DNA of 32,000 bases from contig NZ_CP030918.1 of the NCBI RefSeq assembly GCF_003324675.1, forward strand, positions 1,440,001 to 1,472,000, read 5' to 3'. The DNA comes from Paracoccus suum (GTDB lineage Bacteria; Pseudomonadota; Alphaproteobacteria; Rhodobacterales; Rhodobacteraceae). The notes below the pieces were generated by a model that worked only from the letters and a program-made list of their open reading frames with translations, searched no databases and was not told the DNA's origin. How positions within the stretch are numbered: the first letter of the stretch is position 1; each line of letters begins with the position of its first letter. Positions 1-7,227 of the stretch are shown here, in pieces. A program made the translations under genes and the position numbers.

Positions 1-165
1 CCAGTCAACTTCGACCATCCTGCGCCCTGAAGGCCGCCGTAACCGATGGATCGGCCACAAAAATTTCACCTTTCATTACAGAAATACAATCTTCGCCCGA
101 ACTGCCCGTCACATCGGACATCCATTCTGCGGCTTGGCGGCATCCTGCTGCGGATGAGGTTCATC

Positions 166-954
166 ATGTCGAATATGCGGGCAACCAGGCCCTTCGCGCG
201 CACCCTTTTCAACAAGGTGCCCGAGGTGACGGCCATCTTCTGGGCCATCAAGATCATGGCGACGACCCTCGGCGAGACCGGGGCCGATTACCTGATCTTC
301 AAGATGAAGCTCGGCCTGCCGGTGACCTCGGCGCTGATGTTGGGCGTGCTGGCCCTCGTTCTTGCCCTGCAGTTCAGGACCGACCGCTACCGCCCCTGGG
401 TCTACTGGCCGGCGGTCACGATGATCTCGATCGTCGGTACGCTGATTACCGACAGCCTTGTCGACACCTATGGCGTGCCGCTGACGGTCACGACCGCCGC
501 CTTTGCGGCGGCGCTGATCGCCACCTTCGCGATCTGGTATCTGCGCGAGCGCACCCTGTCGATACATGCCATCGACACCCCCGCCCGCGAAGGGTTCTAC
601 TGGCTGGCGATCCTGTTCACCTTCGCGCTGGGCACGGCGGCGGGCGATCTGATGGCCGAGCGTCTGGGCCTCGGCTACCTGCCCTCGGCGCGGATCTTTG
701 GCGCAGGCATCGCGGCAGTCTTCGCGGCATGGCGCATCGGTGCGATCGGTCCGGTGCTGGCCTTCTGGATCGCTTATGTGCTGACCCGGCCCCTGGGCGC
801 GAGCTTCGGCGACTTCCTGGCCCAGCCGGTCGCGAATGGCGGCCTCGGCCTTGGCACGGTGCTGACCAGCGAGACGTTCTTGGTCGCCATCCTCGGGCTG
901 GTCGCCTATCTGGCGATCAGCCGCATCGACCTTGAACAATCCCGCCGGGCCTGA
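166..954 (+). CDS. DUF347/COG4705-type four-repeat integral membrane protein
   Basis: ORF 46..954. Polytopic hydrophobic protein with four gapless copies of [FY]W-x8-[LV]G-x4-D-x-[LM] (FWAIKIMATTLGETGADYL, YWPAVTMISIVGTLITDSL, YWLAILFTFALGTAAGDLM, FWIAYVLTRPLGASFGDFL). The start is uncertain, with in-frame ATGs at 46, 154, 166 and 175. I chose 166 because the residues before it are Arg/Cys/Pro-rich and do not look like protein. Confidence 0.7.
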   Translation: MSNMRATRPFARTLFNKVPEVTAIFWAIKIMATTLGETGADYLIFKMKLGLPVTSALMLGVLALVLALQFRTDRYRPWVYWPAVTMISIVGTLITDSLVDTYGVPLTVTTAAFAAALIATFAIWYLRERTLSIHAIDTPAREGFYWLAILFTFALGTAAGDLMAERLGLGYLPSARIFGAGIAAVFAAWRIGAIGPVLAFWIAYVLTRPLGASFGDFLAQPVANGGLGLGTVLTSETFLVAILGLVAYLAISRIDLEQSRRA

Positions 955-958
955 GCGC

Positions 959-1717
959 ATGGGCCCGGACATTCTCGCCCGCCGGCTCATCGCCGGCTCG
1001 ATCATCGGACTGCTGATTGCCGTGGCCTTTTTCGCGGCAATGCCGCAGGCCGATCTGGCGGTCAGCAACCTCTTCGGCACCGTCAAGGGCTTTCCGGTCG
1101 CGCATCAGCCATTATGGGTCGCGATGCGCAACGGCTTCATCCTGACGACCGACGGCACGATGATCGCGCTGCTCCTGATACTGGTTCATAACTTGGTGCG
1201 CCCCGCCCGGGCGCGGCTGGAAAATCGCGCGATCAGCTTTGCCTTGCTGTCCTACGCCCTCGGGCCTGGGTTGGTCGCCAATGGCATCTTCAAGTCGTTC
1301 TGGGGCCGGGCGCGCCCGCGCAACATCCTGGAGTTTGGCGGACAGCACCTCTATTCCTCGCCGCTGCTGCCGTCCGACCAGTGCAGCGTGAATTGCAGCT
1401 TTGTTTCGGGCGAGGGCAGCGCGGTGACCGCACTCGCGCTGGTCGCCCTGTTGCTGGCCTGGCCGCGGCTTGGACGAGACCAGCGGATCTGGGCGGTGGT
1501 GGCCGCCCTCCTTTATGCGGGCTGCGGCTCGATCCTGCGGGTCGTCTTTGGCGGCCACTTCCTCAGCGATGTCATCTTTGCCGCGCTGATGATGGGGATC
1601 GTCGTGCCCACCACCTACATCGTCGTGTTCAGCCGCGAGACGGATCGCAGTGCCTTCCGGTTTGGCAGACGGGTAAAGGCAGACGCCCGGCTGGCTCGGC
1701 CGGAAACGGCCGCCTAG
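959..1717 (+). CDS. PAP2-superfamily membrane phosphatase
   Basis: ORF 932..1717 starts at a TTG. The ATG at 959 lies 4 nt after the upstream stop. PAP2 motifs: C1 KSFWGRARP (K-x6-RP); the C2 position reads VSGE instead of PSGH; C3 LRVVFGGHFLSD (R-x5-H-x3-D). Several hydrophobic helices are present. Confidence 0.75.
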   Translation: MGPDILARRLIAGSIIGLLIAVAFFAAMPQADLAVSNLFGTVKGFPVAHQPLWVAMRNGFILTTDGTMIALLLILVHNLVRPARARLENRAISFALLSYALGPGLVANGIFKSFWGRARPRNILEFGGQHLYSSPLLPSDQCSVNCSFVSGEGSAVTALALVALLLAWPRLGRDQRIWAVVAALLYAGCGSILRVVFGGHFLSDVIFAALMMGIVVPTTYIVVFSRETDRSAFRFGRRVKADARLARPETAA

Positions 1718-2826
1718 CTGGACAGATCGGCCAAGCCTGCCCTGACCGACGGCCGGATGCGCGTCGTTCGCAGCGTCCGGCGCATCAGCATTGGGGTCAG
1801 CAGGCGCCCGATGAGTCCCTGCGGGATCGGCGCCACCAATGCGCGAGAGGCGAGCGTGCTGCGGCGGACCTGTCCGGCCAGATCGCGCGCCAGCTTTCGC
1901 TGGTAATCCTCTGCGCTGCGCCCGGCCTCAAACCATTCTACGGCGTGTCGGGCGCTGTGCAGGGCGAGGGACATTCCTTCGCCGGTAAAGGACGGAATTA
2001 CCGCCGCCTGATCGCCAAGCCGCCACACGCCCTCGCTGTGCCGCTGGACAAGGCCGTAGGGAATGGCGGCGATTGCCAGGGGCCGGGGCAGGCAGGGTGC
2101 CGCCCCGCTCAGCCGGGCGGCGAGGCTGGGGCAGGTCTCGCGCAGATGGGTGACAAGCGCCTCCCATTTGCCACCCAGCGCAGCGAAGGCCGCCTTGTGC
2201 ACCACGAGGCACAGGTTGGCGCGGCCCCCCTCGACCATTTGCAGGCCGGCGTAGCCGGAGGGAAAGAGGTGCAGTTCCACCGTACTGCCCAGCGAGCAGG
2301 GCCCGGCCAGGCGCCAGTAAATCTTGAAGCCCAACAGGTCCGGTTGCGGCCCGGACGGCCGCCGCCAGCCGCGAAGGTCATGCTTGCCGGTTGCGAGGAA
2401 AACCGCCTGCGCCTTGATTGTTTCGCCTGTATCGGTTGTGACCGACCAGCCGCCCCCCGACCGCTCCAGCGTGGTCGCGCGAACGCCCCGCCGGACCTGC
2501 GCACCTGCTGCGATGGCCCGGGCCAGCACCGCCTCGTCAAGAACGCGGCGCGACAGGCTGAGGCCGGTGAAATCGAGCGGCGTTGCAGTCTCGGCCTGCT
2601 TGTAGGCTAGCGCGACCCGATTGATCGGCACCGCGCCCAGCGCCTGCAGATCGACGCCTAAATCACGCAACTCGTCCTGCGCCTCGAAGCTGAGGAACTC
2701 GCCGCAGACCTTGTCGTGCGGCCCACGCTCACGCTCCAGAAGCAGCACCTCGCATCCGGCGCGGGCCAGGTGGGTCGCGGCGGCAGCGCCGGCAAGGCCG
2801 CCGCCGATGACCAGCACCGAAGGCAT
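1714..2826 (-). CDS. FAD-dependent oxidoreductase (geranylgeranyl-reductase / flavin-monooxygenase-like), third gene of the type III PKS operon
   Basis: Within ORF 1714..3243. The real start is the ATG at 2826 (MPSVLVIGGGLAGAAAATHLARAGCEVLLLER, a Rossmann GxGxxG dinucleotide fold, followed by DKVCGEFLS). This ATG overlaps the stop of the upstream methyltransferase (ATGA). The 139-codon N-terminal extension in the track overlaps the methyltransferase CDS and is Arg/Pro-rich. Confidence 0.8.
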   Translation of the reverse strand: MPSVLVIGGGLAGAAAATHLARAGCEVLLLERERGPHDKVCGEFLSFEAQDELRDLGVDLQALGAVPINRVALAYKQAETATPLDFTGLSLSRRVLDEAVLARAIAAGAQVRRGVRATTLERSGGGWSVTTDTGETIKAQAVFLATGKHDLRGWRRPSGPQPDLLGFKIYWRLAGPCSLGSTVELHLFPSGYAGLQMVEGGRANLCLVVHKAAFAALGGKWEALVTHLRETCPSLAARLSGAAPCLPRPLAIAAIPYGLVQRHSEGVWRLGDQAAVIPSFTGEGMSLALHSARHAVEWFEAGRSAEDYQRKLARDLAGQVRRSTLASRALVAPIPQGLIGRLLTPMLMRRTLRTTRIRPSVRAGLADLSS

Positions 2827-3542
2827 CAACCCGCCTTGATGCGGCTGAGGCAGAGGCGGAACGGAAACCACCGCTGGATGCGGACCTCGCCGGACGGAAT
2901 CCCCGCCGCGTGGATCAGCCGCCGCCAGTCTTCGGGTACAAAGGCGCGGGCAATCGACACCGGTCCGTCGTGCCGAACGAAGGGATGCATGCGCAGGGCG
3001 GCCGCCAGCGGCCCGAATGCGGCATGGGACAGGCGGTGGCGGTGCAGGTCGTTGATAAACCAACCAACGGAGGCCCGATCCTCCATCCAGCGAAGGAAGC
3101 GTGTTACTAGAGCATCGTCCAGATGGTGGGTGAAAAGCGAGCTCACCACGACATCTGCCCGGCCCGCGTAGTCGAACACGTCCCCCGTTTCCCAGCGGAT
3201 CGTGTCGCTGCCCGGCACCTCGCAGGCCGCGCGGGCGGACCACGGACTGAGGTCCAGCCCCGTCAGGCGGACCGGAACGCCGCGCCGCGCCGCCCAGCGG
3301 TCCACCGCGCGCAGCAGATCGCCGTAGCCGCTGCCCACGTCCAGCACTGCGAGCGGCCGGTCCGCTGGGAGGCGCCCCCCGTGCCTCAGCGTATCGAGCA
3401 AGGCCAGCGTCGGCCGGTGCCCGAGCGACAACACATTCACCCGGGCCAAGTCCTGCAGGCAGCCGCGCAGGGTTTCGTAATCGACGTCCTCCCCATCCAT
3501 CAACTCAGGTTCGTTCGACCGGCGGGACAGATCACGTGCCAT
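2826..3542 (-). CDS. Class I SAM-dependent methyltransferase
   Basis: ORF 2826..3542 with ATG at 3542. Motif I is VLDVGSGYGDL. A GAGGA Shine-Dalgarno sits in the 8-nt gap after the PKS stop. The 3' end overlaps the next gene by 4 nt. Confidence 0.8.
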   Translation of the reverse strand: MARDLSRRSNEPELMDGEDVDYETLRGCLQDLARVNVLSLGHRPTLALLDTLRHGGRLPADRPLAVLDVGSGYGDLLRAVDRWAARRGVPVRLTGLDLSPWSARAACEVPGSDTIRWETGDVFDYAGRADVVVSSLFTHHLDDALVTRFLRWMEDRASVGWFINDLHRHRLSHAAFGPLAAALRMHPFVRHDGPVSIARAFVPEDWRRLIHAAGIPSGEVRIQRWFPFRLCLSRIKAG

Positions 3543-3550
3543 GACAGTCC

Positions 3551-4612
3551 TCAGGCTGCAGTGAAGAGCATCGTCTCGGCTGTGAGGCCCGGTCCAAAGG
3601 CCATGGCGCAGCCACGCTCACCGGGCCTAGCGCGCTTCATTATGCGGTCCAGCACGAAAAGGATGGTTGCGGAGGACATGTTGCCGAACCGGCGCAGCAC
3701 CTCGCGCGAGTCTGCAAGGGCTGAAGCGTCCAGTGCAAGCGCGGTCTGGACCGCATCCAGCACCGAGCGGCCGCCGGGATGGACTGCCCAAAGATCGATC
3801 TCATCAATGGCCGCATTGTCGAGGATCCGGCCGCGGTCCAGCCGCAGGGCCGTGCCGACCGAGGCGGGCACCTGCCCGGACAGGAACATGTCAAAGCCCT
3901 GATCGCCAACCGTCCAGGTGATCTGCTCGCCCGCCTCCGGCAGCAGGGCCGCGTGAAAGCTGTCAAGATTGAGGCCGGACGGATCGGCCGAGATCAGGGC
4001 CGCCGCGCAGCCGTCGCCGAACACCAGAAAGCTCAGTACCTGCTCGAGGTTGTTCGTCTGCTGCAGGTGCAAGGTGCAAAGTTCGACACAGACCACCAGA
4101 ACCCGCGAGGCGGGCTCCGAACGGACGATATGCCGCGCCAGCTTGAGGGCGTTGATTGCGGCATAGCAGCCCATGAAGCCCACTACGGTGCGTTCGACGG
4201 ACGGATTAAGGCCGCAGCGCTCGACCAGTTCCAGATCGAGGCCGGGGGCCGACAGGCCGGTGCAGGAGACCGCGATGACATGGGTCACATCGCGCGCACC
4301 TGCGCCCAGTTCCAGTCCGGCAACGGCCTTTTCAGCCAGGTCAGGGGCGAACCGCTCGAACAGGCGCATGCGGGTGGCGGTGGAAGGAAACGCGCCGCGC
4401 CGGTAGATTCCCTCGGAATCGACCGCATCGGGCTGATCGCTGCCAGCGGGGGTCAGGACTGACCAGCGATGCTCGATCTGGCTGCGCTGGACCAGCCGCT
4501 GAAACACCGGAACGGTCCTTTCGTCCAGCTGGCCCATGGCAAAGTCGATGAAGGTCTTGTGCACATCGTTCGGCGGCACGACCGTGGACACGCGATTAAG
4601 GAAAACACCCAT
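3551..4612 (-). CDS. Type III polyketide synthase (chalcone/stilbene synthase family)
   Basis: ORF 3551..4612, 353 aa. Catalytic-triad contexts are AVSCTGLSAPG (Cys), WAVHPGGRSVLD (His) and FGNMSSATILFVLD (Asn), plus C-terminal AFGPGLTAE. An AGAGG SD lies 5 nt upstream of the ATG. Confidence 0.9.
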   Translation of the reverse strand: MGVFLNRVSTVVPPNDVHKTFIDFAMGQLDERTVPVFQRLVQRSQIEHRWSVLTPAGSDQPDAVDSEGIYRRGAFPSTATRMRLFERFAPDLAEKAVAGLELGAGARDVTHVIAVSCTGLSAPGLDLELVERCGLNPSVERTVVGFMGCYAAINALKLARHIVRSEPASRVLVVCVELCTLHLQQTNNLEQVLSFLVFGDGCAAALISADPSGLNLDSFHAALLPEAGEQITWTVGDQGFDMFLSGQVPASVGTALRLDRGRILDNAAIDEIDLWAVHPGGRSVLDAVQTALALDASALADSREVLRRFGNMSSATILFVLDRIMKRARPGERGCAMAFGPGLTAETMLFTAA

Positions 4613-4787
4613 TAGCCTCTTTCCATCTGCAGGAAGTTGGTCGCCACGCGAGAACCCCTGTCATCCGAGGCTAACCGTCCCCAACGCGCAGGCGGTGCTT
4701 TTGGCCCCATCCCGTTCGCATCACGCCTTGCTGAGGAGGTTTGCCCCTGAAGCTGCTGTCCGGGGGACCTTCGTTTCTGGGCAGGAT

Positions 4788-4826
4788 CGTCCCTGTCACT
4801 GCGCAGCGTCCCTGTCCCGTTTGTCC
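4788..4826. repeat. Direct repeats CGTCCCTGTC x2 plus a degenerate third copy in the PKS/enuR divergent intergenic region
   Basis: CGTCCCTGTC occurs at 4788-4797 and 4807-4816 (perfect copies, 19-nt periodicity). CGTTTGTCC occurs at 4818-4826. Confidence 0.8.
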
Positions 4827-4857
4827 ACCGGAGCAGTCCGACGCTTGAGCCAAAACC

Positions 4858-4882
4858 CATAACAATCCACCGGATTGTCTTG
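4858..4882. promoter_or_regulatory. Inverted repeat CATAACAATCC-acc-GGATTGTCTTG; candidate operator upstream of enuR
   Basis: Perfect 7-bp arms ACAATCC (4862-4868) and GGATTGT (4872-4878). The extended arms give GATTGTTATG (reverse complement of 4858-4867) and GATTGTCTTG (4873-4882). The repeat ends 32 nt before the enuR ATG. The same 10-mer family recurs at 6311-6349. Confidence 0.4.
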
Positions 4883-4913
4883 CATCTGCCGACAGAGTGG
4901 GTAGCACCGGTGC

Positions 4914-6299
4914 ATGAACCCCTGGTTGCCCGATGCCGCCGCGCTGAGCCGGCCCGCCTATCTCTCGCTTGCCGAGCAGTTTGCCCAGGCAATCCAGCGA
5001 GGCGCCTTAGCGACCGGGGAACGGTTGTTGCCGCAGCGCCAGCTTGCCGATCTGCTCGGGCTGTCGCTGCAGACCGTATCGCGCGCCTATGAAGAGCTTG
5101 GGCGGCGCGGGCTTGTCGCGGGGCAGGTGGGACGCGGAAGCTTTGTCCTGCCGGCCGGGGCCGAGCCGCGGGCGCCTTATCTGGCGCAGCGTAGCCGCGA
5201 GGCGGTGGACTTGTCGATCCTCAAGCCCGTCACCGACCAGATGCACCTGGACAAGATGCGCGAGGGGCTCGGCTGGCTGGCCGATAACCTGCCGCCGCCC
5301 GCTGCCCTGTCGTTCCGCGTGAACTCGGTCCTGCCGGCGCACCACCAGGTCGCCGCCAACTGGCTGGCGCGCGGCGGGATCGACGTGCCGCCCGAACGGA
5401 TCGTCATCACCGACGGCGCGACACCGGCGATCACCACTGCGATCATGACAGCGGTCCCGCCAGGCGGCACGCTCGCCGCTCCAAGCCTGACCCACCACCT
5501 GCTGTTCCCGCTGGTCCGCTACCTGGGCCTGCACCTCGAATCGCTGCCGCTGGACGACGAGGGCATCTCGCCCGCCGGGCTGGACAAGCTGGCGCGGCGT
5601 GGAAACCTTCACGCCGTCTATCTGCAGCCGGCAGGGATCAACCCGCGCGCGATTGTTGCCGGGGCCGATCATCGGGCCGAAATCGTCGCGATCTGTCGCC
5701 GCCACGATCTGACGATTATCGAGAATGACATGCTCAACTCGATCATCGTCGACCGGCCGCCGCCCTATGCGGCGCTGGCGCCCGAGCGAGTTTTGCATAT
5801 CAACGGCTTTACCAAGACTACACTGCCCGGCCTGCGCGTGGCCTATCTGGTAGTGCCCGAGCGGCTGGCGACCGCCGCCTCGAACCGGCATCTGGTCACC
5901 AACTGGATCGCGACTCCGGTGATGGTCGAGTTGCTCAGCCACTGGATCCTGGATGGCACGATCTCGGGGCTGATCGACTGGCAGTGCAAGGCGCTGGCGG
6001 TCCGGCACCGGCTGGCGGCGGAGCTGATGTCCGGCCTCTCGGTCCGAACACATCCGCAGGCCCTGCATCTGTGGGTCGAGCTGCCGCCCAACCTTGCCGA
6101 GGACGAGTTCGTGACCCAGGCGCATAAGCGCGGGGTCGCCATCGCGTCCGGCCGCTCGTTCCGGCCATGCGACCGCCCCGGCGGCGGCGCGGTGCGGATC
6201 GCGCTGGGGGCGGCGGGCATCGACGACCTGCGTCGCGGCCTGCTGCTCGTGCGAGGAATGTTGAACCAGACAGCCGAGCCAATGCTGCCTTTGATCTGA
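4914..6299 (+). CDS. enuR: MocR/GabR-type GntR-family regulator with a PLP aminotransferase-like effector domain (EnuR-like regulator of ectoine catabolism)
   Basis: ORF 4914..6299. N-terminal winged HTH ([30 protein letters not shown]) followed by a fold-type I aminotransferase domain with a candidate PLP lysine in [16 protein letters not shown]. The gene sits immediately upstream of ehu/eut/doe genes, as enuR does in other alphaproteobacteria. Confidence 0.8.
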   Translation: MNPWLPDAAALSRPAYLSLAEQFAQAIQRGALATGERLLPQRQLADLLGLSLQTVSRAYEELGRRGLVAGQVGRGSFVLPAGAEPRAPYLAQRSREAVDLSILKPVTDQMHLDKMREGLGWLADNLPPPAALSFRVNSVLPAHHQVAANWLARGGIDVPPERIVITDGATPAITTAIMTAVPPGGTLAAPSLTHHLLFPLVRYLGLHLESLPLDDEGISPAGLDKLARRGNLHAVYLQPAGINPRAIVAGADHRAEIVAICRRHDLTIIENDMLNSIIVDRPPPYAALAPERVLHINGFTKTTLPGLRVAYLVVPERLATAASNRHLVTNWIATPVMVELLSHWILDGTISGLIDWQCKALAVRHRLAAELMSGLSVRTHPQALHLWVELPPNLAEDEFVTQAHKRGVAIASGRSFRPCDRPGGGAVRIALGAAGIDDLRRGLLLVRGMLNQTAEPMLPLI

Positions 6300-6310
6300 G
6301 TAATCGTCTA

Positions 6311-6349
6311 AATTGTCATGATACGATCATAATGATTGACATGACAATC
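6311..6349. promoter_or_regulatory. AT-rich nested palindrome AATTGTCATG-N19-CATGACAATC; candidate EnuR operator/promoter region overlapping the ehuA start
   Basis: Perfect 8-bp arms TTGTCATG (6313-6320) and CATGACAA (6340-6347). An inner palindrome ATCAT-a-ATGAT lies at 6326-6336. This is the only strongly AT-rich stretch in this part of the window and fills the 41-nt enuR-ehuA spacer. Confidence 0.45.
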
Positions 6350-7177
6350 TGGCAGGCCAATCCTGCGCTCAACAGCACGGTGAGCACGGCCTTGGATCAA
6401 CCGATCATTCGCGTCCGCGATGCACAAAAATCATTCGGCACCCTGCGTGTCATCGACGGCCTGTCCTTCGATGTCCGCAAGGGCGAGAAGCTGGCGCTGA
6501 TCGGCCCATCCGGATCGGGCAAGACCACCATCCTGCGGATGCTGATGACGCTGGAGGCTTTGTCGGGCGGTCGCATCGAAGTCTGCGGCGAGCCGCTGTT
6601 CCACATGCAAAAGAACGGCGCCGAAGTGGCCGCGGACGAGGCGCATCTGCACAAGATGCGCCGCCACATCGGCATGGTCTTTCAGCATTTCAATCTGTTC
6701 CCGCACAAGTCGGTGCTGGACAACATTACGCTGGCGCCGATCCTGACCACGGGCGAGAAACGCCCCGCAGCCGAGGCGCGGGCGCGCGAGTTGCTGGAGA
6801 TGGTGGGCCTTGCCGACAAGGCCGACGCGATGCCCAGTCAGCTGTCTGGCGGCCAGAAGCAGCGCGTCGCCATCGCCCGCGCCCTGGCCCTGCGTCCAGA
6901 GATCATGCTGTTCGACGAAGTGACCTCGGCGCTGGATCCCGAACTGGTCGAGGAGGTGCTGGAGGTGATGAAGCGCCTCGCCTCCGAGACCGACATGACC
7001 ATGTTGCTCGTGACCCATGAAATGGGCTTTGCGCGTGAGTTCGCGGATCGCGTGCTGTTCTTTGATCGCGGTCGGATCTGCGAGGAAGGGCCCCCCGACG
7101 AGATCTTTTCCAATCCGGTGCAGGACCGGACCCGGACCTTCCTGCGCAAGATCATCGCCGCGGGCCACCGCGTGTGA
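6341..7177 (+). CDS. ehuA: Ectoine/hydroxyectoine ABC transporter ATP-binding protein
   Basis: Within ORF 6167..7177. Walker [10 protein letters not shown], signature LSGGQKQR, Walker [13 protein letters not shown]. In-frame ATGs at 6332 and 6341 both lack an obvious SD, so the start is uncertain. The family assignment rests on synteny with ehuBCD-eut-doe. Confidence 0.8.
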   Translation: MTIWQANPALNSTVSTALDQPIIRVRDAQKSFGTLRVIDGLSFDVRKGEKLALIGPSGSGKTTILRMLMTLEALSGGRIEVCGEPLFHMQKNGAEVAADEAHLHKMRRHIGMVFQHFNLFPHKSVLDNITLAPILTTGEKRPAAEARARELLEMVGLADKADAMPSQLSGGQKQRVAIARALALRPEIMLFDEVTSALDPELVEEVLEVMKRLASETDMTMLLVTHEMGFAREFADRVLFFDRGRICEEGPPDEIFSNPVQDRTRTFLRKIIAAGHRV

Positions 7178-7186
7178 GCGACACCG

Positions 7187-7212
7187 AACAACAAGACCAA
7201 ACAACAAGACCA
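7187..7212 (+). repeat. Perfect 13-bp tandem duplication (AACAACAAGACCA x2) in the ehuA-ehuB spacer
   Basis: 7187-7199 and 7200-7212 are identical. The stretch is CA-rich and G-poor and lies just upstream of the ehuB SD (GGAG 7218-7221). Confidence 0.9.
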
Positions 7213-7227
7213 ACAGCGGAGAAGACC

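Noticed and set aside
1-30. A possible 3' end of an upstream + strand gene (frame 1 reads PVNFDHPAP then TGA at 28-30).
   Set aside because: Only nine codons are visible, which gives no way to support a call.
82-91. AAATACAATC upstream of the DUF347 gene, a 7/10 match to the CATGACAATC half-site seen at ehuA and enuR.
   Set aside because: It is a single, degenerate half-site with no partner, in a generally AT-rich promoter-like stretch, and is likely chance.
2827-3243. N-terminal extensions offered by the ORF track. Examples are 1714..3243 (flavoprotein), 8091..9428 (ehuD), 8777..10174 (eutA), 10018..11151 (eutB), 10914..12128 (eutC), 14123..15847 (doeC), 6167..7177 (ehuA) and 28642..29520 (dsbA-like).
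   Set aside because: In every case the extension overlaps the preceding CDS in another frame. An internal ATG then coincides with an ATGA/TGATG stop-start overlap or a good SD, and marks the beginning of the recognisable domain or signal peptide.
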